64,000 nucleotides of DNA from an uncultured virus (IMG/VR IMGVR_UViG_3300022516_000001) (IMGVR_UViG_3300022516_000001), one strand, 5' to 3'; positions 40,114 through 50,202 are shown, numbered from the stretch's first letter. The notes: generated by a model not told the origin, from the letters alone. Translations and numbers: made by a program.

Positions 40114-40641
40114 CTATGGTAATTTAATATTATATGTTTTAGATAAATACAATAATGCTTCAGCATTTCCTTTTACATCAAATTTGGGGTTATGATTATG
40201 GGATGTTATTCTATGTTTTTTCCATTTATACCACATATCGTGTTCAACACCGCAAAACAAATCCCCAATCCTTCTTGAACTCCAAGAAAATGGATTACTA
40301 CCATAAAATTTATGAAAATAATAATTTAAACATACACCAAAATCATAACCATTATTATCTGAAATACCTATTGGTTGACCATTTACATTTTCTTTTAACC
40401 AATCTGCAAATCTTTTCATTACTATATAAGGTTCATCAAATTTAAGATGTTCTTCTCTACTAAAACCACTTATAGCTAATGCATCAGGATTCCATTTATC
40501 AGAAATTGGTCGCATTTGTCCATAAAATGTTTTAGAAAGTGATGGTTCAACAATTATTGCAGCAAAACAAACTATTGAATAATCTGGCATATATCCACCA
40601 TCACTTTCAACATCGACACATATTAATTTATTTTTATTCAT
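40114..40641 (-). CDS. DEDDh 3'-5' exo(ribo)nuclease
   Basis: VDVESDG, NNGYD, HNPKFD. Confidence 0.75.
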   Translation of the reverse strand: MNKNKLICVDVESDGGYMPDYSIVCFAAIIVEPSLSKTFYGQMRPISDKWNPDALAISGFSREEHLKFDEPYIVMKRFADWLKENVNGQPIGISDNNGYDFGVCLNYYFHKFYGSNPFSWSSRRIGDLFCGVEHDMWYKWKKHRITSHNHNPKFDVKGNAEALLYLSKTYNIKLP

Positions 40642-40883
40642 ACTTTTAATGCCATTTTTTGTAAATTTGCTTTAAATGCTTGCCTTGCAAAAATAAATAA
40701 AAATATTTCATAAAGTGTATGCATTAATGCAAAAGCATAATGAAATATTGTTACAAGTAAAGCAACAATTAAACCAAAAGTTAATTTATACATCCAACCA
40801 TTAAAACGATTGAATAATATTACAATTCGTTTCCAATGGATTTTTTCTTTTTTCCAAAGAATTATAAATAAATTTGTTTTCAT
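40638..40883 (-). CDS. small membrane protein
   Basis: Hydrophobic ORF overlapping its neighbour. Confidence 0.5.
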   Translation of the reverse strand: MKTNLFIILWKKEKIHWKRIVILFNRFNGWMYKLTFGLIVALLVTIFHYAFALMHTLYEIFLFIFARQAFKANLQKMALKV

Positions 40884-40885
40884 AA

Positions 40886-41503
40886 TTAGAATGGTATTTT
40901 ACGAATTAATGAATCTGGTATTAACTTATATTCCTTTGGTGGAATATAGAGAATAGTAATTGTTTTAATACGTGGTAAACTAAAACCAGTTAACCAATTA
41001 CTTTTAGGTACATCATAGATTAATTTTTTCTTACATCTATATGCAATACTATCAGCATTACTTGGAGCAAGATATACATCATTTAAATCATCATAATCTT
41101 GTTTATATGATTTATAAAATGTTCCAACAATAATATTATTATCATCTTTATTTTGAGTATAAAGAAGAATAGTAACAGGTTTTTGTTTATGCAAACTATC
41201 TTTTTTATTATAAAAAAATTCGGTAGCATAATGATTATTAAAATAATCATAATCTTTAATAAAATGAGTTTTATTTTTAAAAAGACTCTTTTGTACAAAA
41301 AAGGTATGTAATGGACTTGTAGATACAATTTCTGTTTTGGTCTGCAAATGTCCACGAATAATTAAATTAGTAGTAAGTGTGACAACTAATGCCACACCAC
41401 CACTAATTAAAAGTACTAAGTATCTATTTTCCCAAAAATTACCTTTGAAAAAACAAAGACAAATAAAGGAAACTATTATAACTGATAATATAAACGTTAA
41501 CAT
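40886..41503 (-). CDS. membrane-anchored hypothetical protein
   Basis: Two N-terminal TM segments. Confidence 0.6.
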   Translation of the reverse strand: MLTFILSVIIVSFICLCFFKGNFWENRYLVLLISGGVALVVTLTTNLIIRGHLQTKTEIVSTSPLHTFFVQKSLFKNKTHFIKDYDYFNNHYATEFFYNKKDSLHKQKPVTILLYTQNKDDNNIIVGTFYKSYKQDYDDLNDVYLAPSNADSIAYRCKKKLIYDVPKSNWLTGFSLPRIKTITILYIPPKEYKLIPDSLIRKIPF

Positions 41504-41532
41504 AACTTTAAGTTTTAAGTGTTAAAAAATTA

Positions 41533-42930
41533 CTATTTTTCTTCCTCAGTATCAACCCATTCAATTCCCGGACAATAATCACTGTAACTTGCATTGAAAT
41601 ATTCACCAAATACGCCACTACTATTTTTAAGACCGTTACCTAATGCTTTCAATAATTTCCAAATAAGAATACTTAATGGTATAAGTATGAATTTAAATAT
41701 TAAATTATAAAATACGAATTTAATTGGTATACATACTATGTAAAAAAATCCATATACTATTCCATGTACTGCATATTTCACTGGATACCAAATTAAATAA
41801 ATCAATGGTTCAATATACCATACTTTTTTACCAATTTGATATTTATTAACTATATTTTGTAACCAACCGCCAATAAGTACATAAAGTATATAGATAATAC
41901 CGACAGCAACAGCACCTAAACCAATACATACAAAAATTACCCAATTTACAATACACCAATCAATAGCAGCAATTATACAATATGTAAGACCATTAACTGC
42001 AAAATATGTTACTGCAAGTAAAAACAATGTAATTAATGCACCAACAAATTGTTTTGTTCTTTTAATAATGTTTTTTAAATTAGCAGGATTAAAAGTAAAT
42101 GCATTTGAAATTGATGTAGATATTTTTTTAAAACCATCATTAATTGGTTTCATTCTGGCATCCCATTTAGCTTTTTTTATTGCTTGAAGACGTTCACGTT
42201 CAGCTTTTCTACGTTCAATTTCTTCTTCTCTTTTCTGTGCTTCTTCTCTAAAAAATTGACGAGATTTTGCTAATTCTTCACGCCATTTTTCCCATTTTAC
42301 TAAAAGTTCTTGCTTCTTTTTTTCATATTCTTCTGGATTTATTTTACCATCAAGATGATATTTTTCAAGCAAAAAATAATCCAAAAAATTCTCATCGGAT
42401 TTATCAAAATATATTTTTGCAGTTATTGGCATTTTTGTATCATTATTCCAATACATGCCATATACTTGTCGTTCATCGATATTCATTATCCAACCATCAG
42501 TAAGTTTTTTCAATCCCCAAAGCAATGTTTTAGGGATTAATAAAAATATAAATTTAATTAAATGTCTAAGTAATACAAATATTACCATAAATAATGAAAA
42601 CAATAATAACCAAAAATAAGGACAACCATTTTGCATTGTTTTAGGGGTAGGTGCATTACTGCGAAGTACGAATTTAATCAAACGATAATGCCATGATTTC
42701 ATACTAACTCGCATTAATTTAGGTTTTTCAGATAAAGTGATAAATTGTGCATCACTTTCTTGCAGATATACTTTTTCATCAATAGTAATATTACCACTAT
42801 CAACTTCAACGATTTTAATATAGTAGTCGTCAACACCATTTTTATAGAGAAATCCTCTATAGTGAGCAATATCTGGTCGATTATATTCAACCACCTTGTT
42901 CAATAATAATTCTAATTTTTCGTTTTTCAT
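41533..42930 (-). CDS. multi-pass membrane protein with coiled coil
   Basis: Hydrophobic helices and an E/R/K-rich coil. Confidence 0.7.
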   Translation of the reverse strand: MKNEKLELLLNKVVEYNRPDIAHYRGFLYKNGVDDYYIKIVEVDSGNITIDEKVYLQESDAQFITLSEKPKLMRVSMKSWHYRLIKFVLRSNAPTPKTMQNGCPYFWLLLFSLFMVIFVLLRHLIKFIFLLIPKTLLWGLKKLTDGWIMNIDERQVYGMYWNNDTKMPITAKIYFDKSDENFLDYFLLEKYHLDGKINPEEYEKKKQELLVKWEKWREELAKSRQFFREEAQKREEEIERRKAERERLQAIKKAKWDARMKPINDGFKKISTSISNAFTFNPANLKNIIKRTKQFVGALITLFLLAVTYFAVNGLTYCIIAAIDWCIVNWVIFVCIGLGAVAVGIIYILYVLIGGWLQNIVNKYQIGKKVWYIEPLIYLIWYPVKYAVHGIVYGFFYIVCIPIKFVFYNLIFKFILIPLSILIWKLLKALGNGLKNSSGVFGEYFNASYSDYCPGIEWVDTEEEK

Positions 42931-42931
42931 T

Positions 42932-43433
42932 TTATAATAAATTAATTAATTTAAAAATCTTATCTTTAACATTACTTTGTTTTAATACCTTCATTTGCCA
43001 TTGGTGTTCTAATGAAATTGTTAGGAAGCCATTTCGATAAATCAAGGTCATCAATTGCAATAAATTTTTTTATCTTATGGCCTTCAACATATTTTAATAT
43101 TTCATTTGCACGACATTCTTCTAATTCAGTTAATTTAAAATATTTAATACCCCATAATTGCGGTGTAATATCAAAAATTTTTACATCGACCTTATTTATT
43201 TCAAAAATACGATTAAGTTGTTCAATAGTATAACTATCTTTCCAATCGCTTGACAATATAATAATTGGTTTTGTTTTTTCAATAATTTGATTAAACACTT
43301 TCACGCATTTTTCATCGAATTTATAACGATGATATTCGGAATTCCATTTATCTTTATTAGTATAATATTGAGTGGTGGTACACATAACACCATCTAAATC
43401 TAAAAATAAAACCACATTATTATTCATTTTCAT
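42932..43433 (-). CDS. HAD-family phosphatase (Swiss-army-knife RNA-repair type), frameshifted near 42980
   Basis: FLDLDGVM, LSSDWK, IDD; removing one A extends the C-terminus to a stop abutting the next gene. Confidence 0.75.
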
Positions 43434-44406
43434 GTTTCCAATGATAATTTTTAAATAATCTTTCTTTCTTTATATTATAATTTAACGTGTTTTCGTGACA
43501 ATTCATTTCAATACTTGCTTCTCTAATTGTATTCCATATTTTAATTATATTCATATTTTTATCACATTGTATTACTTTTTTTAAATGACGAATATTATTT
43601 CGATAATTAATATTTTTTAGAAATATATTATATTTTCTTTTTAAATAATATTTGAAATTAGCATCACAATATATAAATTTTAAAAATCTATGTGCATCTG
43701 AATACAAATACATTTTCCAAACATTTTGTTTATTTTTACTAACATCACAACAATATTTTGGTTTAATATTTAATTTATTTAAAATATATTCTTTAATATA
43801 TAATAACATTTCATTTGTAGAAATTAAATTAATTACTAATCTATTTTTATTTATCCCTTTCAATGAAATTGACCCATCACCATCAAATAATCCAGCAATA
43901 AAATATGAATAGTATTTCTCTTCAATATTTGGAAATTCCAATACATTTGTTTTATTATTAGTAATACCTAAATTAATTAAATGCTGGGTAAATATTTCAT
44001 TGCCAATCTGAATACTATATCCAGTATATGTTTTATTTGTTCGTTTATCAAAAATTTCCCTTTTACTAATTTTATGTTCTGCGCCAATTGCTTCTTTAAA
44101 TCCTACAATTACTTCTAAATCTTTAGATATTAAACTAACCTTATTGTTTGTTTTTTTAATATTACCATCAGCACATATAAATCCAAGCCAATATGCTTTA
44201 TCATTAGAATTAATTTCTTTAAAATAGTCAATATTAAGTGCAAGATGACTCATATTTAATCTACTCTTTTTATTTATAATTTTATTTTTCCTTAAAATAT
44301 TACTAATTTTTGGCTGAGTACTGTTATATAGTAATGCAATTTCTTTTTGCGATTTAATTTTCGATAATTCAATAATTTCTTTTTCAAATGTTTGTATTGT
44401 ATCCAT
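43420..44406 (-). CDS. free-standing LAGLIDADG homing endonuclease
   Basis: YWLGFICADG and FIAGLFDGDG motifs; NUMOD1-like C-terminus. Confidence 0.85.
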   Translation of the reverse strand: MDTIQTFEKEIIELSKIKSQKEIALLYNSTQPKISNILRKNKIINKKSRLNMSHLALNIDYFKEINSNDKAYWLGFICADGNIKKTNNKVSLISKDLEVIVGFKEAIGAEHKISKREIFDKRTNKTYTGYSIQIGNEIFTQHLINLGITNNKTNVLEFPNIEEKYYSYFIAGLFDGDGSISLKGINKNRLVINLISTNEMLLYIKEYILNKLNIKPKYCCDVSKNKQNVWKMYLYSDAHRFLKFIYCDANFKYYLKRKYNIFLKNINYRNNIRHLKKVIQCDKNMNIIKIWNTIREASIEMNCHENTLNYNIKKERLFKNYHWKHENE

Positions 44407-44420
44407 AATTATATTTTAGT

Positions 44421-44429
44421 TATAAATAC
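44421..44429 (-). promoter_or_regulatory. putative late promoter GTATTTATA
   Basis: Begins 23 nt before the endonuclease ATG. Confidence 0.6.
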
Positions 44430-44515
44430 TTCTCCATATCCAAAAATATTATTGTTGTCCATTTTTTTACTTATACTAATAAAAAATTAATAGGTTACAA
44501 AATTACGAATATTTT

Positions 44516-44866
44516 TTATTCAATACCTAATACTTCTTTAATTATTTTCTTAAATATTTCTTTAGGCATTGCACCTAAAGACATTTGTGGCATACCTGTA
44601 AGAGGTATAAAAAGTATTGAAGGTATATTTTTAATATTAAAAGCAGATGCTATTTCATTTTCTGCATCAGTATCTACTTTATAAAAATCAATATTTTGAT
44701 ATTCCTTATTAAGTTCATCAAGAACTGGAGCAATTGCTTTGCAAGGTGAACACCAATCAGCATAAAAATCAATAATTGCAGGTTTACTACTTTTAAATGA
44801 CCATTCAGTTTCTTTTGAAAAGTCAAATATTTTTTCTTTAAATGTTTCTGCTGTTAAATTTTTCAT
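44516..44866 (-). CDS. trxA: thioredoxin
   Basis: IDFYADWCSPC...NIPS. Confidence 0.9.
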   Translation of the reverse strand: MKNLTAETFKEKIFDFSKETEWSFKSSKPAIIDFYADWCSPCKAIAPVLDELNKEYQNIDFYKVDTDAENEIASAFNIKNIPSILFIPLTGMPQMSLGAMPKEIFKKIIKEVLGIE

Positions 44867-44877
44867 ATAATTAATTA

Positions 44878-45264
44878 TTATAATTTATCTTTTAATTCCT
44901 TATCCCAATCAATACTTAAACCATTTTTTAATACTTTCATATTTATTTCAATTTTTTCCACACCTTTTTCAGGAACAAAAGATATTTCAAGAATACCTTC
45001 TCTGGTTTTTTCATTAATATCTAAATTAACGTTACTACCTTTTTTAGCAAGCATTTCTTTAATTTTTTCTGCTTGTTCATAATTTTCTTTCATTATAGAA
45101 TAAGCATAAAATTTACCTAAATTTGGAATAGAAAATTCATTAAAATCAATATCCTCTGGTAATCCAATATCAATAAAACATAAATTATTCATATTGGCTT
45201 CTGGGTCAAATTCTTCTTTAATCCATTTAAGAATATGTTTTTTTAATTCATCTTCCCATTCCAT
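44878..45264 (-). CDS. hypothetical protein
   Basis: ORF. Confidence 0.6.
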   Translation of the reverse strand: MEWEDELKKHILKWIKEEFDPEANMNNLCFIDIGLPEDIDFNEFSIPNLGKFYAYSIMKENYEQAEKIKEMLAKKGSNVNLDINEKTREGILEISFVPEKGVEKIEINMKVLKNGLSIDWDKELKDKL

Positions 45265-45490
45265 AATAATTTAAAATTTTTAAATTTATTATATTTTCTT
45301 ATTAAATAAATTGTTGAATCATAATATAACCAATCCATGAATTTAATTACTTGTTTAGTGTCACTTAAACGAACAGCACCAATATTTTTATATCTAATAG
45401 TTGATTTAATATTTACATTAATGGTTTTTTTATATATTTAGTTAATTCATTACAAATATGTATGTAAAAGTACCATTAATGATGATAATT
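45243..45490 (-). pseudogene. remnant of a LAGLIDADG endonuclease C-terminus
   Basis: Start-less frame reading QVIKFMDWLYYDSTIYLIRKYNKF, similar to FLKFIYCD...YLKRKYNIF in 43420..44406. Confidence 0.5.
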
Positions 45491-45494
45491 AAAT

Positions 45495-46040
45495 TTATTT
45501 ATTTAATTTCTGCCAAATAGCACAACAATAACCAATTTGGTTTTTACAATCATCTAACGCATAATGCACCATACCACTTATAGGATAATGTTCTTTAACT
45601 TGTGGAGCAAATGAAACTAATGTACGTACATCTCTTTCATTTCTAAAATTCCAAGGAGTACCTAATTTAAGTGCAGTATATGCATCCTCCAATATACCAA
45701 TATCAAATCTTGCACCATTTCCCCAAATTTGAATATCTTTAAAATCATTTTCAAATATCATAAAAGTATTGAACAAAACTAATGCACTTCTGAGGTCATT
45801 ACCTTTTTTACAAATTTCATTTCTTGCTGCTTCACTTTGTTGTAACCACCAGTAAAGTGTACTACCATTAACTATTAAGCCAACATCAAGACATGATTGT
45901 AAATCAATTCTTTCATAAAATTCTTTACCTAATTCACCTGTTTCAAGGTCAAATTCAACAGCACCAATTGAAACAATTACTGCATTGCTTTTATTACCCA
46001 TTGTTTCAAGGTCAAGCATAAGATGTCCTAAATTTTTCAT
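45495..46040 (-). CDS. DEDDh 3'-5' exonuclease (exonuclease VIII-like)
   Basis: MLDLETMG, WGNGARFD, RDVRT, HYALDD. Confidence 0.85.
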   Translation of the reverse strand: MKNLGHLMLDLETMGNKSNAVIVSIGAVEFDLETGELGKEFYERIDLQSCLDVGLIVNGSTLYWWLQQSEAARNEICKKGNDLRSALVLFNTFMIFENDFKDIQIWGNGARFDIGILEDAYTALKLGTPWNFRNERDVRTLVSFAPQVKEHYPISGMVHYALDDCKNQIGYCCAIWQKLNK

Positions 46041-46597
46041 AAATTATTTATATTTTTATTATTGTGAATATAATCCAATATTACCCAAAGTTTTTCAACT
46101 TCATCCATATCGAGATTATCTTTATACCAAGTTAATGCTTTTTTAAAAATTGGTTTGCGATATTCGTATTCTTCAACATATTTTTTATACATTGAGCTAT
46201 TATGTTCTTTACTATATTGAGCATTAGCAAGCATATCACACATTTTAAGAATTATTGCACGATAATCTCTTACAGTTTTACCCATAGTAAGTAAATGTCG
46301 CATCAAACGATTTTCTGCTGGAACATCAGTAACTGCTAATGTAATGTCTACAACATCTTTATTTGATATTATTTTGATATCATTATATGATTTTTTTGCA
46401 TCTTCCAACAAATCATGTGTGTAGCATGCTGCAAGAGTATTAATAAAATCATTATGATTACAAAATATATTCATATGATTATTTAATGTATCGACAACCA
46501 TATTAATATGAATAAAATAATTTCCATCATTATATTTACAATTAGCATCATCATAAGATTTTTGCGCAAATTCTTTTATTTTTTCTAAATTTATCAT
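46037..46597 (-). CDS. HD-domain hydrolase, SpoT/Mesh1-like
   Basis: YFIH, THDLLED, VTD, LKMCDMLAN. Confidence 0.75.
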   Translation of the reverse strand: MINLEKIKEFAQKSYDDANCKYNDGNYFIHINMVVDTLNNHMNIFCNHNDFINTLAACYTHDLLEDAKKSYNDIKIISNKDVVDITLAVTDVPAENRLMRHLLTMGKTVRDYRAIILKMCDMLANAQYSKEHNSSMYKKYVEEYEYRKPIFKKALTWYKDNLDMDEVEKLWVILDYIHNNKNINNL

Positions 46598-46721
46598 GAT
46601 GCAAAAATAATGAAATAATTTAAATAAAAAATTTTTTTTACTATAATTTTTATAAAAAATAAATATTATTATAGTATTATTAATTTTTTTATTTACATTT
46701 GTCAAAAAATATTTAAAAGTT

Positions 46722-46748
46722 TGTAACCTTCTGATAGAAGATTCGTTT
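46722..46748 (+). promoter_or_regulatory. ECF-type promoter TGTAAC-N16-CGTTT
   Basis: Sits at the head of the rightward gene block. Confidence 0.55.
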
Positions 46749-46763
46749 AATAAAATAAAAATT

Positions 46764-46994
46764 ATGATTAATATAATTAAAGTTAGTGGATTTCATGTTT
46801 TATCTAAAGGAGACCCAACTATTGGTATAAACGATGTTCGATGGAAATTACAACATGATTTTTATTTTGATAATCAAGAAGAACTTGAAGTTTTTCGGAA
46901 AGATATAAAATCATTATTTGAAAATTATTGTGGTGAAGTTACAGTAAAAACTTTTGAAGAAGTAGATGAATTAATTGATGGAAGCGGAACTTAA
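46764..46994 (+). CDS. hypothetical protein
   Basis: ORF. Confidence 0.6.
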   Translation: MINIIKVSGFHVLSKGDPTIGINDVRWKLQHDFYFDNQEELEVFRKDIKSLFENYCGEVTVKTFEEVDELIDGSGT

Positions 46995-47565
46995 TAAATA
47001 TAATTCAATAATTTTTCTTGATATAGATGGGGTACTTAATTGTCAATTGTTTTATACTGAGAGATATAAACATTTAACTCAATATGATGGTATACCTTTT
47101 TATAAAACAGTTAAGAAATATTTACGCAAAATGTTAAAAGCAAATGAAATTTCAAAATTAGATTATTATAAAAATGAAATTTGTCCTATGCGCATAGATT
47201 TATTAAATAATCTTTGTAAAGAAACTAATTCTGCTGTAGTATTGTCGGCTTCAATGAGAAATGGACATACCCTTGAAAGACTTCAAGAAATTTTTAAATA
47301 TTGTGGTGCAACATTTACTATTATTGATAAAACAAAGCATACTGGATTTGAAAGAGGAACTGAAATATCACTTTGGTTAAAAGAAAATTGTATGAAATGG
47401 TTTGGTATTCATTATTATGATTTTTATCGTTTTGCTATAATTGATGATGATAGTGATATGCTTCTAAATCAACAATTCAACTTTTTTCAAACCGATAATT
47501 ATTCGGGTTTAACCCCTAATATTTGTTATAGAATAAAAAGATTTTTTATACATAAAACATTTTAA
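46975..47565 (+). CDS. HAD-family phosphatase (Swiss-army-knife RNA-repair type)
   Basis: FLDIDGVLN, LSASMR, RGTEI, IIDDDSDM. Confidence 0.8.
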   Translation: MMEAELNKYNSIIFLDIDGVLNCQLFYTERYKHLTQYDGIPFYKTVKKYLRKMLKANEISKLDYYKNEICPMRIDLLNNLCKETNSAVVLSASMRNGHTLERLQEIFKYCGATFTIIDKTKHTGFERGTEISLWLKENCMKWFGIHYYDFYRFAIIDDDSDMLLNQQFNFFQTDNYSGLTPNICYRIKRFFIHKTF

Positions 47566-47567
47566 TT

Positions 47568-47831
47568 ATGAAAAGGATTATAAATTTTATATTATTTATT
47601 ACGATAATTGCAATTGGTATTTTTTTTGTTGTTGTACAAAAACATAAAGGTTTTAAACCCTCTACTGTAGTTTTAACAGAACAAAATCCACAAAAAACTT
47701 ATGAACAAGGTCTTTGGGATGGTTTTAATAAAACTGTGAAATATCTTCACGATAAAAATTATCTCACAAAAGATTCAATTAAAATTGAAATTAAAGAACT
47801 TGATAGTGTTTTACATTCAAAAATAAAATAA
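47568..47831 (+). CDS. membrane-anchored hypothetical protein
   Basis: N-terminal TM segment. Confidence 0.6.
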   Translation: MKRIINFILFITIIAIGIFFVVVQKHKGFKPSTVVLTEQNPQKTYEQGLWDGFNKTVKYLHDKNYLTKDSIKIEIKELDSVLHSKIK

Positions 47832-47832
47832 T

Positions 47833-48030
47833 ATGGGAAATAATGTTAAAATTGTCTCAGTGATTAGAAATAATGAAGCATATGTCCGTTGTGGTGATAT
47901 TATTAAAACATTATATGTAGATTTAGCAGATGCTACTGATGATGTTCTTAAAAAATATTTAAGAGCACAAATTGAAGTATGGGAAGATTATGAAATAGGT
48001 ATTTTAAGACAATACAATAATAATTATTAA
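47833..48030 (+). CDS. hypothetical protein
   Basis: Tightly packed ORF. Confidence 0.55.
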   Translation: MGNNVKIVSVIRNNEAYVRCGDIIKTLYVDLADATDDVLKKYLRAQIEVWEDYEIGILRQYNNNY

Positions 48031-48035
48031 AAATT

Positions 48036-48923
48036 ATGACAGACCGTGAATTAATTGATAAACTAATTAAATCAAATAAACCATCAGATATATTCCCAGA
48101 TGATTGGAAAAAATTGTATAGGGATTATTGTAAACTCATTCATCCAGATTATCATCCAAATTCATTAGCAGCAGAAGCAATGGCGAAAATGAATAATTAT
48201 AAAGATATTCTGGAAAATGGTACAAAATTTACTGATGAAAGCGGTGATTTTAGAGTATTTGAAAAAAAAATCGAATATATTGTAACTGATGCTAATAGAA
48301 AATTAATTACGAAATCAGTAAATAATTATAAACAACTTATGGCAAAAACTGACAAAGCGTCAGAAAGTTTTCATAGATATCTGCCAGAAAGTATGGTCTT
48401 AGAAAAAAATAAACTTACTATAAATTTAAAAAACCGTAGTGTTCCTCTTACTGGACAGAAATTAAAACAAATTCATGTTAATTGGTTGTTTAGTAGAATG
48501 TTCGAGTTTGTGCTATGGTTAAGGCAAATTAGCTATTCTCATATGGGATTAAATCCTACAACAGTCTTTGTAGTGCCTGAAACTCATGGAATTATAATAA
48601 TTAGTTTCTATCATATGACCACATTATTTAAGAAAGCTGAAACAATTTCGGCAAAGTATAAAATGTGGTATCCTACCACTCTTTTTTCAGAAAAAATAGC
48701 AACTCCTGATATAGATTTGGAGCTTTGTAAAAAAATTGCATTATATTTGTTAGGAGATAAGTCAGCAGCAGGTACTAAATTAAAAATGGATAAAGTTAAT
48801 GTAAATCAAAATATCTTAACATTTTTGTTAACAAAACATAAAAATCATGTTGATGAATATAAACAATATAGAGAAATATTGGCAAAAAATTTTGAAAAGA
48901 AATTTTATTTATTAAATTTGTAA
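48036..48923 (+). CDS. J-domain fused to a degenerate kinase-like domain
   Basis: YRDYCKLIHPD (HPD motif); WLRQISYSHMGLNPTTVFV resembles a kinase catalytic loop. Confidence 0.6.
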   Translation: MTDRELIDKLIKSNKPSDIFPDDWKKLYRDYCKLIHPDYHPNSLAAEAMAKMNNYKDILENGTKFTDESGDFRVFEKKIEYIVTDANRKLITKSVNNYKQLMAKTDKASESFHRYLPESMVLEKNKLTINLKNRSVPLTGQKLKQIHVNWLFSRMFEFVLWLRQISYSHMGLNPTTVFVVPETHGIIIISFYHMTTLFKKAETISAKYKMWYPTTLFSEKIATPDIDLELCKKIALYLLGDKSAAGTKLKMDKVNVNQNILTFLLTKHKNHVDEYKQYREILAKNFEKKFYLLNL

Positions 48924-48994
48924 CTTAATTTTTTTATATAAATATAATGAGTTTTATTTAAATTAAATAGTATTAACAATTAAAATTTTAAATT

Positions 48995-49189
48995 ATGGGA
49001 TTTAATACAAATGATGCCAAGTCTTTCGAAGATATGGCACAAGAACAAGAAAATGCAGAAGTAAAAACTGCAGAAGAAGCAACTAAAGTTGCTGATACCA
49101 CAGAACCTGTAACAGAAACAGGTGATAAACCTTGCGAATGTACAGATGAAAACTGTGAATGCAATGACGAAACAACTAAAACTAAATAA
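48995..49189 (+). CDS. small acidic protein
   Basis: E/T-rich, two CEC motifs. Confidence 0.55.
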   Translation: MGFNTNDAKSFEDMAQEQENAEVKTAEEATKVADTTEPVTETGDKPCECTDENCECNDETTKTK

Positions 49190-49191
49190 TT

Positions 49192-50106
49192 ATGGGTGGT
49201 GGTAAATGGTCACATGATGCATATACGCACATAAGTGCAAGTTATGCAAGTAAAAGTGCAGATGATATTTTTTCAAAATCTGCAATAAATGATATGCTTC
49301 CAAAAAATATTACAGTTAGAGAATCTCGTGACAGTGATGAACATCCAAAATCTTTAGCAATAATGATTTTTCTTGATGATACTGGTAGTATGGGTAGAAT
49401 TCCTGAAGATATTATCAAAAATGAACTCGATACTCTTATGAATACTATTATTGATAATGGCGTAGAACATCCACAAGTACTTTTTGGTGCAATTAATGAC
49501 CACCATTGCATCAGTACTCCAATTCAGATAGGTCAATTTGAATCAAGTACTGAAGACCTTGATAAATGGTTAAAAAACGTAGCTATTCAAGGTGGTGGTG
49601 GTGGTCAAGACATGGAAAGTTATTTACTTGCATGGTTAATTGCTGGTAAACATACCAGTATTGATTGTTTTGAAAAACGTAATGAAAAGGGTTTTCTTTT
49701 TACAATTGGTGATGAAAAAAGTTGGGATTTTGTTGATGCAAGTACTTTAAAAAATATTCTTGGATATAAAGAAAATGAAGAATATACTGATGAACAACTT
49801 CTTGCAGAAGCACAAAGACTTTATAATGTATATCATATACACGTTAATGAAGCTAGTTACAAAAATGACCCAGATGTTCTTGGCTATTGGAAAAAAATGC
49901 TTGGTGAAAGACTTATCATTTTGGACGATTATCATGCAATTTGTGCTACAATTGCAACACTTATCGCAGTTCAGCATGGTGCTGATATTAAATCAGTTGT
50001 AAGCAAATTTGATGAAAAAACTGCTGGTTTGGTTACTACTGCTCTTGCAACAGTTGTAAGTGGTGCTGTCGTATCAACAAGTGATGAAGGAGCATTAAAA
50101 CTTTAA
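49192..50106 (+). CDS. vWA-domain protein
   Basis: IFLDDTGSMG MIDAS-type motif, GGGGG..ESY, FTIGDE. Confidence 0.75.
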   Translation: MGGGKWSHDAYTHISASYASKSADDIFSKSAINDMLPKNITVRESRDSDEHPKSLAIMIFLDDTGSMGRIPEDIIKNELDTLMNTIIDNGVEHPQVLFGAINDHHCISTPIQIGQFESSTEDLDKWLKNVAIQGGGGGQDMESYLLAWLIAGKHTSIDCFEKRNEKGFLFTIGDEKSWDFVDASTLKNILGYKENEEYTDEQLLAEAQRLYNVYHIHVNEASYKNDPDVLGYWKKMLGERLIILDDYHAICATIATLIAVQHGADIKSVVSKFDEKTAGLVTTALATVVSGAVVSTSDEGALKL

Positions 50107-50124
50107 TAAAAATATAAATGAAAC

Positions 50125-50157
50125 AAAAGGGATATATTAAAATATATCCCTTTTTTT
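50125..50157 (+). terminator. rho-independent terminator
   Basis: AAAAGGGATATAT/ATATATCCCTTTT stem followed by Ts. Confidence 0.8.
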
Positions 50158-50183
50158 GTAACAATATAAATTGTTTTTCGTAT
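50157..50183 (+). promoter_or_regulatory. ECF-type promoter TGTAAC-N16-CGTAT
   Basis: Directly follows the terminator; ends about 20 nt before ATG 50203. Confidence 0.6.
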
Positions 50184-50202
50184 TATTGTAAAAAATATTA
50201 TT

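Noticed and set aside
43420..44406. Group I intron or intein hosting the LAGLIDADG ORF
   Set aside because: It has its own start, stop and promoter; the flanks are too short for an intron core; no intein terminal residues
46598..46763. Replication origin at the divergent strand switch
   Set aside because: Very AT-rich but with no iterons; back-to-back promoters explain it, and skew analysis on the full genome would be needed
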